A stretch of 64,000 bases of DNA, taken from the NCBI GenBank assembly GCA_023701005.1, contig JAMPXW010000001.1:143843-207842 (forward strand), written 5' to 3'. Of the stretch, positions 10,101-18,995 are shown one piece after another. Source of the DNA: Burkholderiales bacterium. Its GTDB lineage: Bacteria; Patescibacteriota; Minisyncoccia; Phycocordibacterales; UBA9973. Position numbers and translations under genes: made by a program. The notes below the pieces were generated by a model. That model worked only from the letters and a program-made list of their open reading frames with translations. It had not been told where the DNA came from and made no database searches. How positions within the stretch are numbered: the stretch's first letter is position 1; each line of letters begins with the position of its first letter.

Positions 10101-10381
10101 GTATTTTCAGAAAGACCTGAAATGTATTGTTGAATAGGAAATGTACCTTCAGTATTAAAATACTGTACTGGGGTTATTGTCCCGGCACCATTTGCTACTG
10201 TACTATAGCTAGTACTATAAGTAAAACGTGCATGAGTTGGAGGGGTTCCTGTGGTTACTGTCCCTGTCAAAGTAGCACTATTACAACTTGTTACAGTTTG
10301 AGCAGAAACGACATTTCCATTAGCAAAAATCCCTAAAAGGGTTACTGTTCCGACTATTAATAATTTTATTTTTGTACTCAT
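7187..10381 (-). CDS. Large surface/adhesin-like protein: signal peptide, FN3-like domain, three thrombospondin type-1 repeats, Ig-like repeats, DUF11-like domain, C-terminal TM anchor
   Basis: 3x NGGWSxWS..CG.SG.QTR.C.NPTPA.GGAYCSGP; repeated PxVSLxA...LxW.S.NA.SC.A...W...TTY.ITC units; PGDEINYTVNYQNIG; hydrophobic tail. Confidence 0.85.
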   Translation of the reverse strand: MSTKIKLLIVGTVTLLGIFANGNVVSAQTVTSCNSATLTGTVTTGTPPTHARFTYSTSYSTVANGAGTITPVQYFNTEGTFPIQQYISGLSENTTYYFRLEVTNNYGTAYLNILNFTTSTCTVVNQPVNGGWSAWSDWSPKSTQCGYSGVQTRTRSCNNPTPAYGGAYCSGPSTETQTYTNSACLVPVNGGWSDWSTRDYACGTSGTQTRTCTNPTPANGGAYCSGPSTQSYTNPACVVNNPTVSLTVDGKSNTTITAGQSVNLAWNSSNADSCSASWMYGGGTTNGNQTVNPTSNTTYNITCYGGGKSTSASAIVYVTAIPSQMSGTLTGSSYCTIPLNGNGCNTTITWNTTNPKGISSVTSSYPYDGSTIANRNYGSQSVFIPFSSRNFYLYNNGELLDTKIITSSCASNTQWDGTKCANTVINQPINGGWSDWSTRDYACGTSGTQTRTCTNPTPANGGAYCSGPSTQTYTNPQCYSQNPTVSISADNTNVNYGNSTTLRWNSNNATSCVATSNNSNYWYGSVNLSGTWNTGMLTTPTTYTITCSGANNTSPAVSSVTVYVTNNNHDCSYYNNCNNYTQAPIINLSANSTYITSGSGAYLTWNPTNNPTYCTASNGGNNWAGSRSTYNGSFSTGALYYTTVYTMTCGNSAGSTTESVVININNQNYNNIYQPNVTLTADSTSVAYGGSTNIRWYPTNATSCYANSGSNGWAGTKSTYSNSFHTGALTNTTTYNITCSNNNGNADTKSVTVYVGNQNQPSGNDPYVSLNADEESLSYNGATYLRWTSQNATSCVASGGSTGWSGTKSIGPASFYTGSLTSGKTYKITCSNSYGYASDTVTIGVRGQTINNPKPAPTSLVLITSSVDRNQPIVPTIDNTRPKPGDEINYTVNYQNIGTGSITKLNLRMDLPYEVDYIFSNPNNPTRSGSTLIFNLGTLGANKEGTVTVRVRVRENIPAGTNLNFPAILSYTDPSGYTQSVSANVSAQVWSQPVVVEQPINTTEPIQLGALAFLFGNGFLPNNLIGWLLLILLVVLLVLAARKAYSNYNREVVFVADNSKKEHH
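8982..9096. repeat. 115-bp perfect direct repeat, copy 1 (TSP1 module)
   Basis: Identical to 9705-9819 by base-by-base reading. Confidence 0.9.
9705..9819. repeat. 115-bp perfect direct repeat, copy 2 (TSP1 module)
   Basis: Identical to 8982-9096; offset 723 bp, in frame. Confidence 0.9.
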
Positions 10382-10524
10382 ATATAATTATTTTTTAATT
10401 TTTTAATAATAAATTTTATTAATTGTTAAAGTAAAATACTTTTACTCTTCAAAGATATCAATTCATATTCATAGCTTTGAAGAGCAGAGAAGCGTTTGTT
10501 TTTAATAAACACTTCTCTGAAATT

Positions 10525-11283
10525 TTATAGACCAAACGAAAATCTAAATGCTGGAGTTGTTTGTCCTCCGGGTGGTGTGCCAGCGGGGGGTGTAACAACA
10601 GGAGGATTGTTTATTGTTGTGTAGTTGTTTGTTGTGTGCCTGTTATTGACTAACACCGCAACAACTATCCCTACAATAGTGACCCCTATTGCTATGTATC
10701 CAGTTGTAGAAGAACCATCTTCACCTTTTTCACCCTTAGCCCCATCATTGTAATCGATTCCTTTGATAGGGGTATAGCCATCTTTTCCTGGAGGTCCAGG
10801 GATTTGTAATTGGGAGAGCATTGAGAGGGGAATGAATTTTTCTTCTTCAGTTTTTTTGAAAACATTTGAAACAGGAACGCCGAAGGTCATGTTTCCACAA
10901 GATAGAGAAAACATAAATTCTGCTCTATTGTTATCAAAAAGCAAAATTTCACCTTTTTTTACGTCTCTGGTCCAATTGAAATCAACTGTTCCATCTTTAA
11001 ACACTCTTGAAAATTTTGCTGGTCCGATTGGCCCAGATATTTCGACCAGAGATCTGATATAATCTGCTAGGTCATTTTTATCTCTGATTTTTAATTCTGG
11101 CCAAGCATTTTGTACTGCTTGTACCAATTTTTCACAATCGATTCGCAAGATTGTCTTGTCGTTTTTTTCGATTGCAGTTGCATACTCCTCTTTTGTTATA
11201 GGGTGTTTTGTAAAAGCTTGCCCCTGTGCAAATAATAGAGAAGAGATGTTAAAAATGAGTAATAAAAATATGGTCTTTTTCAA
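10525..11283 (-). CDS. Secreted/membrane hypothetical protein with short collagen-like G-X-Y segments
   Basis: Signal peptide, GPPGKDGYTPIKGIDY and GAKGEKGEDG, TM, Pro-rich tail; TTG start preceded by AAAGGTGA. Confidence 0.7.
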   Translation of the reverse strand: MKKTIFLLLIFNISSLLFAQGQAFTKHPITKEEYATAIEKNDKTILRIDCEKLVQAVQNAWPELKIRDKNDLADYIRSLVEISGPIGPAKFSRVFKDGTVDFNWTRDVKKGEILLFDNNRAEFMFSLSCGNMTFGVPVSNVFKKTEEEKFIPLSMLSQLQIPGPPGKDGYTPIKGIDYNDGAKGEKGEDGSSTTGYIAIGVTIVGIVVAVLVNNRHTTNNYTTINNPPVVTPPAGTPPGGQTTPAFRFSFGL

Positions 11284-11424
11284 TTTTTCACCTTTATTTT
11301 GTTTTTAGTTTTTGTACTTTTATCAGCCCTAAGCATAGCATTTTTATATAAAAAAGTCAAGAGCTAGATAAGTAATTCTTTTATTCTGACGTTGTAGCCT
11401 ATAAACAATTACAAATAGCAAAAA

Positions 11425-11889
11425 TTATTGGGCTGGAGTGTTTATTTTTGTTTGAGGTCTTATCTGAATAGACTTGGCTGTCATACTGCCATCGGAGTTT
11501 GTAATACCGGAAATAGATACCTGTGTTCCATTTGATAAATCTGCGAATGTTCCTGTCGCTGTCTTTGAGACAGAAGTATTTGTATCAAAAAAGATTATTT
11601 TAGAGCCGGCATTTTCTGTTGTTGCCTTTGGGTCTAGATTTATTATTTTTAATGTAATACTTTTATCATCTTTGGAAATAATTTCTCCATTAACAAATCC
11701 ACTATTTATATTTCTAATATTTTTACCTAAACCATTAGGTCCCATTTTATTTTGCATTCCTTCTCCATACATGCCGATGTTTTGAGTAGATTTTTTATTT
11801 TCTTTCCAATACATTCCAGAATAGAAAATTGCTGATAATAATAAAACTTCTAATACTATAAAAATGATTATTTTTGTATTTTTATTCAT
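11425..11889 (-). CDS. Exported OB-fold (DUF5666-like) protein
   Basis: N-terminal TM; GEIISKD...VSISGITNSDGSMTAKSIQI. Confidence 0.65.
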   Translation of the reverse strand: MNKNTKIIIFIVLEVLLLSAIFYSGMYWKENKKSTQNIGMYGEGMQNKMGPNGLGKNIRNINSGFVNGEIISKDDKSITLKIINLDPKATTENAGSKIIFFDTNTSVSKTATGTFADLSNGTQVSISGITNSDGSMTAKSIQIRPQTKINTPAQ

Positions 11890-11933
11890 ATCTTTTTAAT
11901 TTATATTAATAATAATTTTATATAAGACCATGT

Positions 11934-13157
11934 TTACTCATATCTCAACGCATCTATTGGATTTAATTTTGCTGCTTTTGCGGCTGGATAGTATCCAAAC
12001 AAAATACCAATTATCGCAGATACTCCAAAAGCAAGAAAAACAGAACTGATAGATACTTTCGTTGTTATTATTCCTAGTTTTGTTACAAGGAGAGAAATAA
12101 ACCAACCCAATATGACCCCAATGACTCCTCCTAAGAAGGTTATCATAACTGCTTCTAATAAAAATTGTCTACTGACGTCTTTTCTTTTTGCTCCTATTGC
12201 TTTTCTCAAACCTATTTCTCTTGTTCTTTCTGTGACGGTCGTCAACATCATATTCATGATACCGATACCTCCGACAAGAAGAGAGATACCTGCAATAGCG
12301 GCTAATAGGGTAGTGAAGGTACTCGTTACAGAAGAAGCTGTGGCTATTATATCTGCTTGGTTTAATGTAGAAAAGTCAGCTAATGTTGAATCAGTAATGT
12401 TGTGCCTTTCTAATAAAAGAGTGGTTATGTTTTCTTGTACCGCTGAAGTAGTTTCTGCACTTTCAGCTGATACAGAAATGGAGGATACATATTGGTCGCC
12501 AGAAAAATATCTTTGAGCAGTGCTTATTGGAATGTAAATGATGTCATCTAGGTTGCTGAATCCTGTGCCTCCTTTTGATTTTGTTATTCCTATTATTTTA
12601 AATTGCATATTGTTTATACGAATTGTTTGTCCCACAGCGTTGCCACCTTCTCCAAATAGATCATCTCGTACCGTCGGACCTACCACAGCTACTTTTGCCC
12701 CGCTTTCTACATTTTGATCTGTAATGAATGAACCTTCTTCAATTTCTAAATTTCTTACTTCCAGATAATTTGTAGTGATTCCGTTTACCGTAGTATTGGT
12801 ATTTGTTCCTTTGGCTGTCACTTGGTATCTTCCTGAAACTTCAGCCGTGACATTTTTTACCGAAGATACTTTTTCTTTTATAGCCTCAGAATCTTCTAAT
12901 GTTAAAGATTTTGCTGTGCCTCTTCCTCCGCTTACTTGCATTCCGACACCTCTTTGAGCCCCAGGCCTTATCGTGATCATATTTGAACCAATAGACTGGA
13001 TAGAATCAGTGATAGAACTTTGAGCACCATTACCTATAGCCGTCATCGCAATTACAGAACTTATTCCTATCACTATCCCGAGCATCGTGAGCCCAGACCT
13101 GATTTTGTTTGATGATAAAGCACTATATGTTTCTTCTAAAATATCTTTTATTTTCAT
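11934..13157 (-). CDS. MacB-like ABC transporter permease
   Basis: RSGLTMLGIVIG, GGIGIMNMML.TVTERTREIGLRKAIGA, PIDALRYE. Confidence 0.93.
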   Translation of the reverse strand: MKIKDILEETYSALSSNKIRSGLTMLGIVIGISSVIAMTAIGNGAQSSITDSIQSIGSNMITIRPGAQRGVGMQVSGGRGTAKSLTLEDSEAIKEKVSSVKNVTAEVSGRYQVTAKGTNTNTTVNGITTNYLEVRNLEIEEGSFITDQNVESGAKVAVVGPTVRDDLFGEGGNAVGQTIRINNMQFKIIGITKSKGGTGFSNLDDIIYIPISTAQRYFSGDQYVSSISVSAESAETTSAVQENITTLLLERHNITDSTLADFSTLNQADIIATASSVTSTFTTLLAAIAGISLLVGGIGIMNMMLTTVTERTREIGLRKAIGAKRKDVSRQFLLEAVMITFLGGVIGVILGWFISLLVTKLGIITTKVSISSVFLAFGVSAIIGILFGYYPAAKAAKLNPIDALRYE

Positions 13158-13161
13158 AAAT

Positions 13162-13842
13162 TTATTTTTTTATATCACTTAAGATCATTCCATCTTTGAT
13201 ATGAATTATTCTGTCTGCGTGTTCAGCTACATCTTGTTCGTGTGTTATTAAAATAATAGTGCGACCCAGTTCACGATTTAATTTATGAAAAGTAGCTAAT
13301 ACTATTTCTCCAGTTTTTGAATCTAGATTGCCCGTAGGCTCATCGGCAAGGATTAGTGTCGGATTGTTTACTAGGGCTCTAGCTATAGCTACACGTTGGA
13401 TTTGTCCACCAGAGAGTTGATTTGATAAATGTCCGAAATGACTTTCTTCCAATCCAGCACCTAGTAGGGCATTTTTAGCACGTCTATCTCTTTCTTCTCC
13501 ATGGACACCTTCGTAGACAAGAGGCAAAGATACATTTCTTAATACAGTCGCACGAGGTAAAAGATTGAAAGCTTGAAATACGAAACCGATTTTATCTCGT
13601 CTTATGTCTGCAAGTTCATCATCAGAAAGGATAGAGACATCTTTTCCATCTAAAAGATATGTTCCAGAAGATGGGCTATCAAGAGCACCCAATATGTGCA
13701 TTAAAGTTGATTTGCCTGAACCAGACGGTCCCATTATTGCTACGTATTCTCCGTCTTTTATAGTAAAAGTTATTCCTTTAAGAGCTTTGAAATCTTCTGC
13801 TCCACTATTGTATGTTTTTGTAATATTTTTTATTTCTATCAT
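13162..13842 (-). CDS. ABC transporter ATP-binding protein (MacB/LolD type)
   Basis: [34 protein letters not shown]. Confidence 0.95.
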   Translation of the reverse strand: MIEIKNITKTYNSGAEDFKALKGITFTIKDGEYVAIMGPSGSGKSTLMHILGALDSPSSGTYLLDGKDVSILSDDELADIRRDKIGFVFQAFNLLPRATVLRNVSLPLVYEGVHGEERDRRAKNALLGAGLEESHFGHLSNQLSGGQIQRVAIARALVNNPTLILADEPTGNLDSKTGEIVLATFHKLNRELGRTIILITHEQDVAEHADRIIHIKDGMILSDIKK

Positions 13843-13843
13843 T

Positions 13844-15499
13844 TTATCTTGGAAAGTTTACCCCACCGCCAACTCCTTTTATGTTAGTCCCACCCAACAG
13901 GGAAGAACCTTGAGTAGTTTTTGTTGCGCTTGATGAAATTGTTGTTTTTAATACGATTTGATCTCCCTCTTTTAATCCAGAAATGATCTCGGTATTTATG
14001 TCATCAGAGATTCCAGTTTCGATTGTGATTTGATTTGGAGTTTCGCTCTGAGTAGAAAACATTAGTACATACTTTGTGTCAGAATTTGTTTTTATTGCGC
14101 TGGAAGGTATATAGAGTACGTCTGTTTTTGAATCAGTTATTATGGAGGCGGATACACTCATGCCAGGTTTTATTTGTTCATCATTTGTATCAAATGCTAT
14201 TTTTACACTGTATGATACGACTCCTTGAGAAACTGTCCCTACTGTATCTATTTCGGCGATTGTACCTGTCATAGATAGATCTTCTATTGCATCAAAAGTA
14301 ATGGTTGCCTTCTGTCCAAGTTTTATTTTTGCCACATCTACTTCATTCATAGATAATGTAGCTATTTTTTGATTTGTGATTATTGAGCCGAGCGACCCTG
14401 AGGCTGTATCTCCAATTTTGCCAATTACACTCGCTATCGTTCCATCAAATGGAGCGGTTACATAATAATCAGATAATTTATCTTTTGCGTCTTGTAATGA
14501 GTTTTCTTTTTGTTTTAAAGACAATTCAGAAGATTGAATATCTAGATCCGAGTTGTAAAATGCATCTTTGTAGTCTTTTATACTAGTCTTTATTGAGAGC
14601 AGATTTAATAAGTGATTATTTGTTTTAGAAGTATAGGTGCTTAAAGTATTTTTGTGTGTACTTATTATAGAAGGGATATCAAAATCATTCTCTTGCATTG
14701 AGTCATTAATGAAGTCTAAGTAGTTATTTGCTTTTTTTGTTACATCAGATATCAATTTTACTGTTTCGTATGTTTCTAATATCAAAGCTTCTATGTCTTT
14801 TTTATCAGACGTTCTAGATATTAATTTATAATTTTCATAATTTTTATCATAAACCAAGAGTACTTTATTGTATGAGTTCGTGAGATCAGCTTTGTATTCA
14901 CCAACTTTATCTCTGTCTTCTGTTGCCACCTTCCCCTCATACCAATCTATGTTCCATTGTCCTGAGCTTGGGCTTATTGTGCTTTTGAAAAACATACTAT
15001 TTAGTCCAGTCATTATTTCTGGGAGATCTAGAAAGACATTAGAAACATTGTTGAAACCATCATCATATGCTTTTGCTAAATCGGCGTTCATGTTTTCTTC
15101 AGAAAGCTGAGCTTTTAATTTGTTTAGAGATATTTTAGCTGATTCTAAACTTATTTGTGCATCTCTTACAGATTTTTGTGCGTCTTTGTTGTCGACTGAG
15201 AACAACACTGCTCCTCTTTTTACCTTATCTCCAGCTTTTACAGCGACATAGGTGATCGTATCGGATACATTTGCTTTTAGATCTATCTGATTTGAACTTT
15301 CTATCTGACCACTAGCAGAAACGGAAGATATTATTGTTCCTTTTTGTACTGTAGTCATTGTGTATTGTGTTTCTCCGTCAGTATTTATTATTTTTCCATA
15401 TATCCAATATCCTAAAACAAGAAGTATTATTAGTGTTAATATACTTATTTTTTTATGAGAAAAAATATATAATTTAATTTTTGTCAGATATTCTTTCAT
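13844..15499 (-). CDS. MacA/HlyD-like membrane fusion (adaptor) protein with long helical insert
   Basis: N-terminal [12 protein letters not shown] lipoyl half, [17 protein letters not shown]. Confidence 0.88.
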   Translation of the reverse strand: MKEYLTKIKLYIFSHKKISILTLIILLVLGYWIYGKIINTDGETQYTMTTVQKGTIISSVSASGQIESSNQIDLKANVSDTITYVAVKAGDKVKRGAVLFSVDNKDAQKSVRDAQISLESAKISLNKLKAQLSEENMNADLAKAYDDGFNNVSNVFLDLPEIMTGLNSMFFKSTISPSSGQWNIDWYEGKVATEDRDKVGEYKADLTNSYNKVLLVYDKNYENYKLISRTSDKKDIEALILETYETVKLISDVTKKANNYLDFINDSMQENDFDIPSIISTHKNTLSTYTSKTNNHLLNLLSIKTSIKDYKDAFYNSDLDIQSSELSLKQKENSLQDAKDKLSDYYVTAPFDGTIASVIGKIGDTASGSLGSIITNQKIATLSMNEVDVAKIKLGQKATITFDAIEDLSMTGTIAEIDTVGTVSQGVVSYSVKIAFDTNDEQIKPGMSVSASIITDSKTDVLYIPSSAIKTNSDTKYVLMFSTQSETPNQITIETGISDDINTEIISGLKEGDQIVLKTTISSSATKTTQGSSLLGGTNIKGVGGGVNFPR

Positions 15500-15503
15500 C
15501 TTT

Positions 15504-16004
15504 TTATTTTATATTTCTAAAGCCTGGCATTAATTCCGGAGAAGGCATTACGCGGATAAGTTTTGCTTCTATTTGTCCCTCTTCATTAGGAGATCCGATG
15601 GTGACGATAAAATCATTTATTAAAAGGTCAGTAGATTTTATTTCAGACATCATTTTTTGTATTTTTGTGTCTTCTTTTACCAAGATTATTTTTTCTGTAT
15701 TGTCTTTGTCTTGCACTATTATGTTTGGTAATTCTATTTTTAAAATTTTTCCTATTGCACCATGAGAATTTGGAAAATTATCTTTTTCAAACATCATTTT
15801 ATTAGGTCTCATTCCAAAGTTGCGTTCATAATTTTCACCCCAAGCACGTCCAAAGGATGCTTTACGAAAACCTACAGATACTCCAGCTGAAAATATTAAT
15901 ATCGCGGTGATTATTAATCCTAGCGTTATCAAAAAAGCATTTGATACTTTTTTTTCAAAAATTTCTTTTAAAATCTTTTTTATTTGCTCGTATATATTTT
16001 TCAT
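15504..16004 (-). CDS. Membrane-anchored hypothetical protein (DUF5666-like OB fold)
   Basis: TM then GKILKI...IGSPNEEGQIEAKLIRV, similar to the 11425-11889 product. Confidence 0.6.
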   Translation of the reverse strand: MKNIYEQIKKILKEIFEKKVSNAFLITLGLIITAILIFSAGVSVGFRKASFGRAWGENYERNFGMRPNKMMFEKDNFPNSHGAIGKILKIELPNIIVQDKDNTEKIILVKEDTKIQKMMSEIKSTDLLINDFIVTIGSPNEEGQIEAKLIRVMPSPELMPGFRNIK

Positions 16005-16013
16005 ATTTTTATC

Positions 16014-16436
16014 TTAAAATGATAATGTTAAAGGCCCGACAGAGCTTAAATTGCTTCTAATAATTTGTTTTGTTGCATATTTGATTGATATGAATAATGT
16101 GAAGATCAGAGAAAGAGATAACACAATGCTTCCGGTAGGGATAGATTCAACAATAGAAAGAGTAAATTCTTTCCAGTAAGAGAGAACCAATCCACTATTG
16201 GAAAAAGCTAGAGATATATATTCAAAAATGCCCGATTGGCTTAAATCACTGGAAAGAATATTCCAGGCAGGGATGAAGCTTGCGAGAGATAAAATACCGA
16301 TAAAAGATGATATATAAAGTTTAATTCTAGATATTCTTTGCTCTCTTCTGTTTATATTGAACCAGATATCTTCGACTAAATTATCATTTTCTTTATATTT
16401 GGCTTTATTAAATATTTTTACTAATTCTTTTTCCAT
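16014..16436 (-). CDS. Putative anti-sigma membrane protein
   Basis: Directly downstream of ECF sigma; short soluble N-terminus followed by TM helices. Confidence 0.5.
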   Translation of the reverse strand: MEKELVKIFNKAKYKENDNLVEDIWFNINRREQRISRIKLYISSFIGILSLASFIPAWNILSSDLSQSGIFEYISLAFSNSGLVLSYWKEFTLSIVESIPTGSIVLSLSLIFTLFISIKYATKQIIRSNLSSVGPLTLSF

Positions 16437-16473
16437 ATATTATATATACGCAAAAGAATTGTTTTTGGTGCAT

Positions 16474-17031
16474 TTATTTAAACATATTTCTTAATTCGAG
16501 AAGAGCTCTACGATGTTGGCTTTTTACTGTGTTTAATGGTTTTTCTAAAATTTTACTTATCTCATCGAAGGTTAATTCTTCTTGATAGTGAAAAATCAAT
16601 ATAGTTCTCTTGCTTAATGAGAGTTTTTCTAATTTTTTGTTTAAAAGTTCTGAATCTTGTAGTTTTTGTAATATCTCATCAGGCAATAGACTTTCGTCAG
16701 TTATGTTTTCAGAAAAAGTTTCATCATTTTCATCGAGATCAGAAAATAGAATACTTTTCTTTTTTCGTAAGAAATCTGTCGTTGTGTTTTTTGCAATAGT
16801 GAAAATCCATGTTTTAAAACTGGATTTTTGTATGTCGTATTTATAAATATTTTTCCATACTTTTATAAAAGTTTCTTGGATTATGTCTGCTGTGTTTTCT
16901 TTAGTAACTAAACGCAGAGTAAAATTATAAACAGGGGAGTAGTATCTCTCTATTAGATATTTCAGCGCCATATCTTCGCCATCTTTATATATTTTTACCA
17001 ATTCTTCATCGGTTTTTTTACTGAAGGGCAT
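16474..17031 (-). CDS. ECF RNA polymerase sigma-70 factor
   Basis: DIIQETFIKVW, FKTWIFTIAKN (region 2); LTFDEIS...LNTVKSQHRRA (region 4). Confidence 0.93.
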   Translation of the reverse strand: MPFSKKTDEELVKIYKDGEDMALKYLIERYYSPVYNFTLRLVTKENTADIIQETFIKVWKNIYKYDIQKSSFKTWIFTIAKNTTTDFLRKKKSILFSDLDENDETFSENITDESLLPDEILQKLQDSELLNKKLEKLSLSKRTILIFHYQEELTFDEISKILEKPLNTVKSQHRRALLELRNMFK

Positions 17032-17082
17032 ATCAATAAGTGTAGCATGATTTTTCAGAGTCTTTTAAAAAGACAAAATTTT

Positions 17083-17110
17083 AGCCGGTTTCAAATTTAT
17101 GAAACCGGCT
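17083..17110. terminator. Hairpin terminator after the 17115-17630 gene
   Basis: agccggtttca-aattta-tgaaaccggct, 11-bp stem. Confidence 0.7.
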
Positions 17111-17114
17111 TGGA

Positions 17115-17630
17115 TTAATTTTGTAAGATGTAATTATATTTTAAAACTGTTTTCCTTATTAATTTACAGTTTTTAACAATCCCATCAAAACTTTTTATTC
17201 GTTTTTCTTTTTTTAAGATAGAATTTGAATATGTTTCATGCTCTCCTATGTTGATACCTAGTTTGTTTAATGCTTCGAGGAGTTCGCTATATTCATCTCC
17301 TCTCATGTTTGATTCCAACATCCTGTCTTTTATTGATGTCGCGTATTGAACGAAACGATCTAGGGAATTTAAAAATCCTTGTTTAGTTAAAATTCTTAGT
17401 TCTTCAATTTGACTTACTAAAAATTTGTTTTCTGAGATTTCTTCACTAAACATTGCAAAGATTTCTTTGTTAATTTTTTCTATTTTAAGACGGATATTCT
17501 CTGTTTTTTTTACGTGAGAAATTATTTTCCATCTATTAGAAAACAAGGTTTCGTTAAATTTTTTTTCCGACTCTACGAATTTTTCGAGAAGAGTTTTAAT
17601 TTCGTTCTCTCTTTTCTGAAATTTTGTCAT
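17115..17630 (-). CDS. Hypothetical helical protein (SD-led; start moved to ATG 17630)
   Basis: AAGGAG 5 nt upstream of MTKFQK; 171 aa. Confidence 0.6.
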   Translation of the reverse strand: MTKFQKRENEIKTLLEKFVESEKKFNETLFSNRWKIISHVKKTENIRLKIEKINKEIFAMFSEEISENKFLVSQIEELRILTKQGFLNSLDRFVQYATSIKDRMLESNMRGDEYSELLEALNKLGINIGEHETYSNSILKKEKRIKSFDGIVKNCKLIRKTVLKYNYILQN

Positions 17631-17689
17631 TTTTCTCCTTTTTAGATAAAAATTAAGACGCAAGTATAAACTCACGTCTTTTTTAAAAA

Positions 17690-17857
17690 TTATTTATTTA
17701 GAATGAAATCAAAAGATTTCAATAATTTTTTTGTTTCAATTGTCGAGTCTATCGGCAATTTAGGGAATGTGTTTTGGAGATAATTTTTCATCTCCTTAAA
17801 AGAAATATTTTCTCTCTTTTTCTTCCCAAAAAATTTTATAAAAATTTTTTTTATCAT
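17690..17857 (-). CDS. Small 55-aa ORF below the track cutoff (MIKKIFIKFFGKKKRENISFKEMKNYLQNTFPKLPIDSTIETKKLLKSFDFILNK)
   Basis: Translated by hand; AAGGAGGT 8 nt upstream; TTGACA-18-TATCAT promoter at 17948-17919. Confidence 0.55.
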   Translation of the reverse strand: MIKKIFIKFFGKKKRENISFKEMKNYLQNTFPKLPIDSTIETKKLLKSFDFILNK

Positions 17858-17968
17858 ATGAAACGACCTCCTTGTCGTTTTTATTTTGATGTACTAATTT
17901 TTTATTTATTCTATCTAAATGATAACACCTACAATGCATGTTTGTCAACAATTATGAAATTTAATTTG

Positions 17969-18040
17969 TGACCCCGGTAGGAATCGAACCTACATCATAA
18001 CTTCCGCAAAGTTACGTCCTATCCATTGAACGACGGGGCC
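17969..18040 (-). tRNA. tRNA-Arg(GCG)
   Basis: Cloverleaf GGCCCCG/CGGGGTC, anticodon arm taact-ttGCGga-agtta, T-loop GTTCGATTC. Confidence 0.93.
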
Positions 18041-18099
18041 TTTTGTTTGTCTAGATGTTAGACAATTGAAGGTTAACAGTTTTTAAGAAAAAATTCAAA

Positions 18100-18567
18100 T
18101 TAGAAATCTAAAAATTCCATTATCTTTTCAGATACGTGTTCTTTTATTTCTTCTTCTTTTACTTCATTGAAAGTCATAAAGTTGTGAACTTCTTCTACTA
18201 GGGTAGGATCTATCGGCATGGAGATTATAGGCATAAACAACCTTTCTGATTTTATGAATAAGGTAGGTTTGTCTGTATCTCTTTTAATCCAAAAAGCTTT
18301 TATATTTTTGTAAGGGAACAGTCTATTTCTTATTTTTAATCCTTTTTCATTAACTTCATAAAAAACCAAGTCTGGTTTTTTGATAGCAAATAAAGTAAGT
18401 AAAAAACCTCCGATTATTAAAAATAATCCAAAGAAATAATTTTTGTAAATGAAAGAAGTTATTGAACTTGCAACGACGATAACACCAAGAGCCCAGAACC
18501 AATCATTGCCTCGTTCTTTTTCTTCATATTCAAGCGCGGTCCATTCTAGTTTTCTATTTGGATCCAT
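18100..18567 (-). CDS. Conserved hypothetical membrane protein (2 TM plus PH-like C-terminal domain)
   Basis: WTALEYEEKERGNDWFW, two TMs, YKNIKAFW. Confidence 0.7.
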   Translation of the reverse strand: MDPNRKLEWTALEYEEKERGNDWFWALGVIVVASSITSFIYKNYFFGLFLIIGGFLLTLFAIKKPDLVFYEVNEKGLKIRNRLFPYKNIKAFWIKRDTDKPTLFIKSERLFMPIISMPIDPTLVEEVHNFMTFNEVKEEEIKEHVSEKIMEFLDF

Positions 18568-18628
18568 TAGTATAATTATACTAACCTTTAATATTTAATG
18601 CAAAAATATTGGAATTTTGTATTATTAA

Positions 18629-18953
18629 TTTTTGTAGTGTTTGCCTTGGTAAACAAAGAATGCTAGATTGTTTTTATCGTTCTTTGACTTATGGGTACAA
18701 GAAATTGGATATGGAGAATCTGCCTGATATTATCTGTTTATGTTGATATTTAAACAGTATGTCTACTCAATTAAATTGAGTTTAGGGAACAGAGATTCTG
18801 ACTGTATACATAACAAGCACTATTTCTGCTTATGGAGCCATTGATAAATAGTGTGTATACTTACGATTAACTAATTTCTCGGGGCCAACAAATTAAACAG
18901 ATTAGTTGCCAATATTACAAAAAGAACTCTCGTTTATTTTAAACCATAGAGTT
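18629..18953 (+). ncRNA. Candidate large structured non-coding RNA of unknown family
   Basis: ORF-free; -10 TATTAT at 18620; at least 9 nested helices whose G-U pairs work only on the + strand; possible pseudoknot; hairpin at 18973-18995. Confidence 0.6.
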
Positions 18954-18972
18954 TGAAAAAAAACGGCAACAG

Positions 18973-18995
18973 AGAGCTCCTTTAAAAGGAGCTCT
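18973..18995. terminator. Strong hairpin between the candidate ncRNA and the convergent protease
   Basis: agagctcctt-taa-aaggagctct, 10-bp stem, weak U tracts. Confidence 0.65.

Noticed and set aside
10445-10519. Tandem hairpins upstream of the TSP1 gene as a riboswitch
   Set aside because: Adequately explained as terminator or 5' stem structures after the 10525-11283 gene; no aptamer motif recognised
17774-17971. + strand 65-aa ORF
   Set aside because: Overlaps the promoter and SD-led ORF on the - strand; composition looks non-coding
18629-18953. RNase P, tmRNA, SRP or self-splicing intron identity for the structured region
   Set aside because: Missing GAGGAAAGUC / ACAGAA..CGGC motifs, tRNA-like ends, the SRP loop and intron core motifs; not inside a gene
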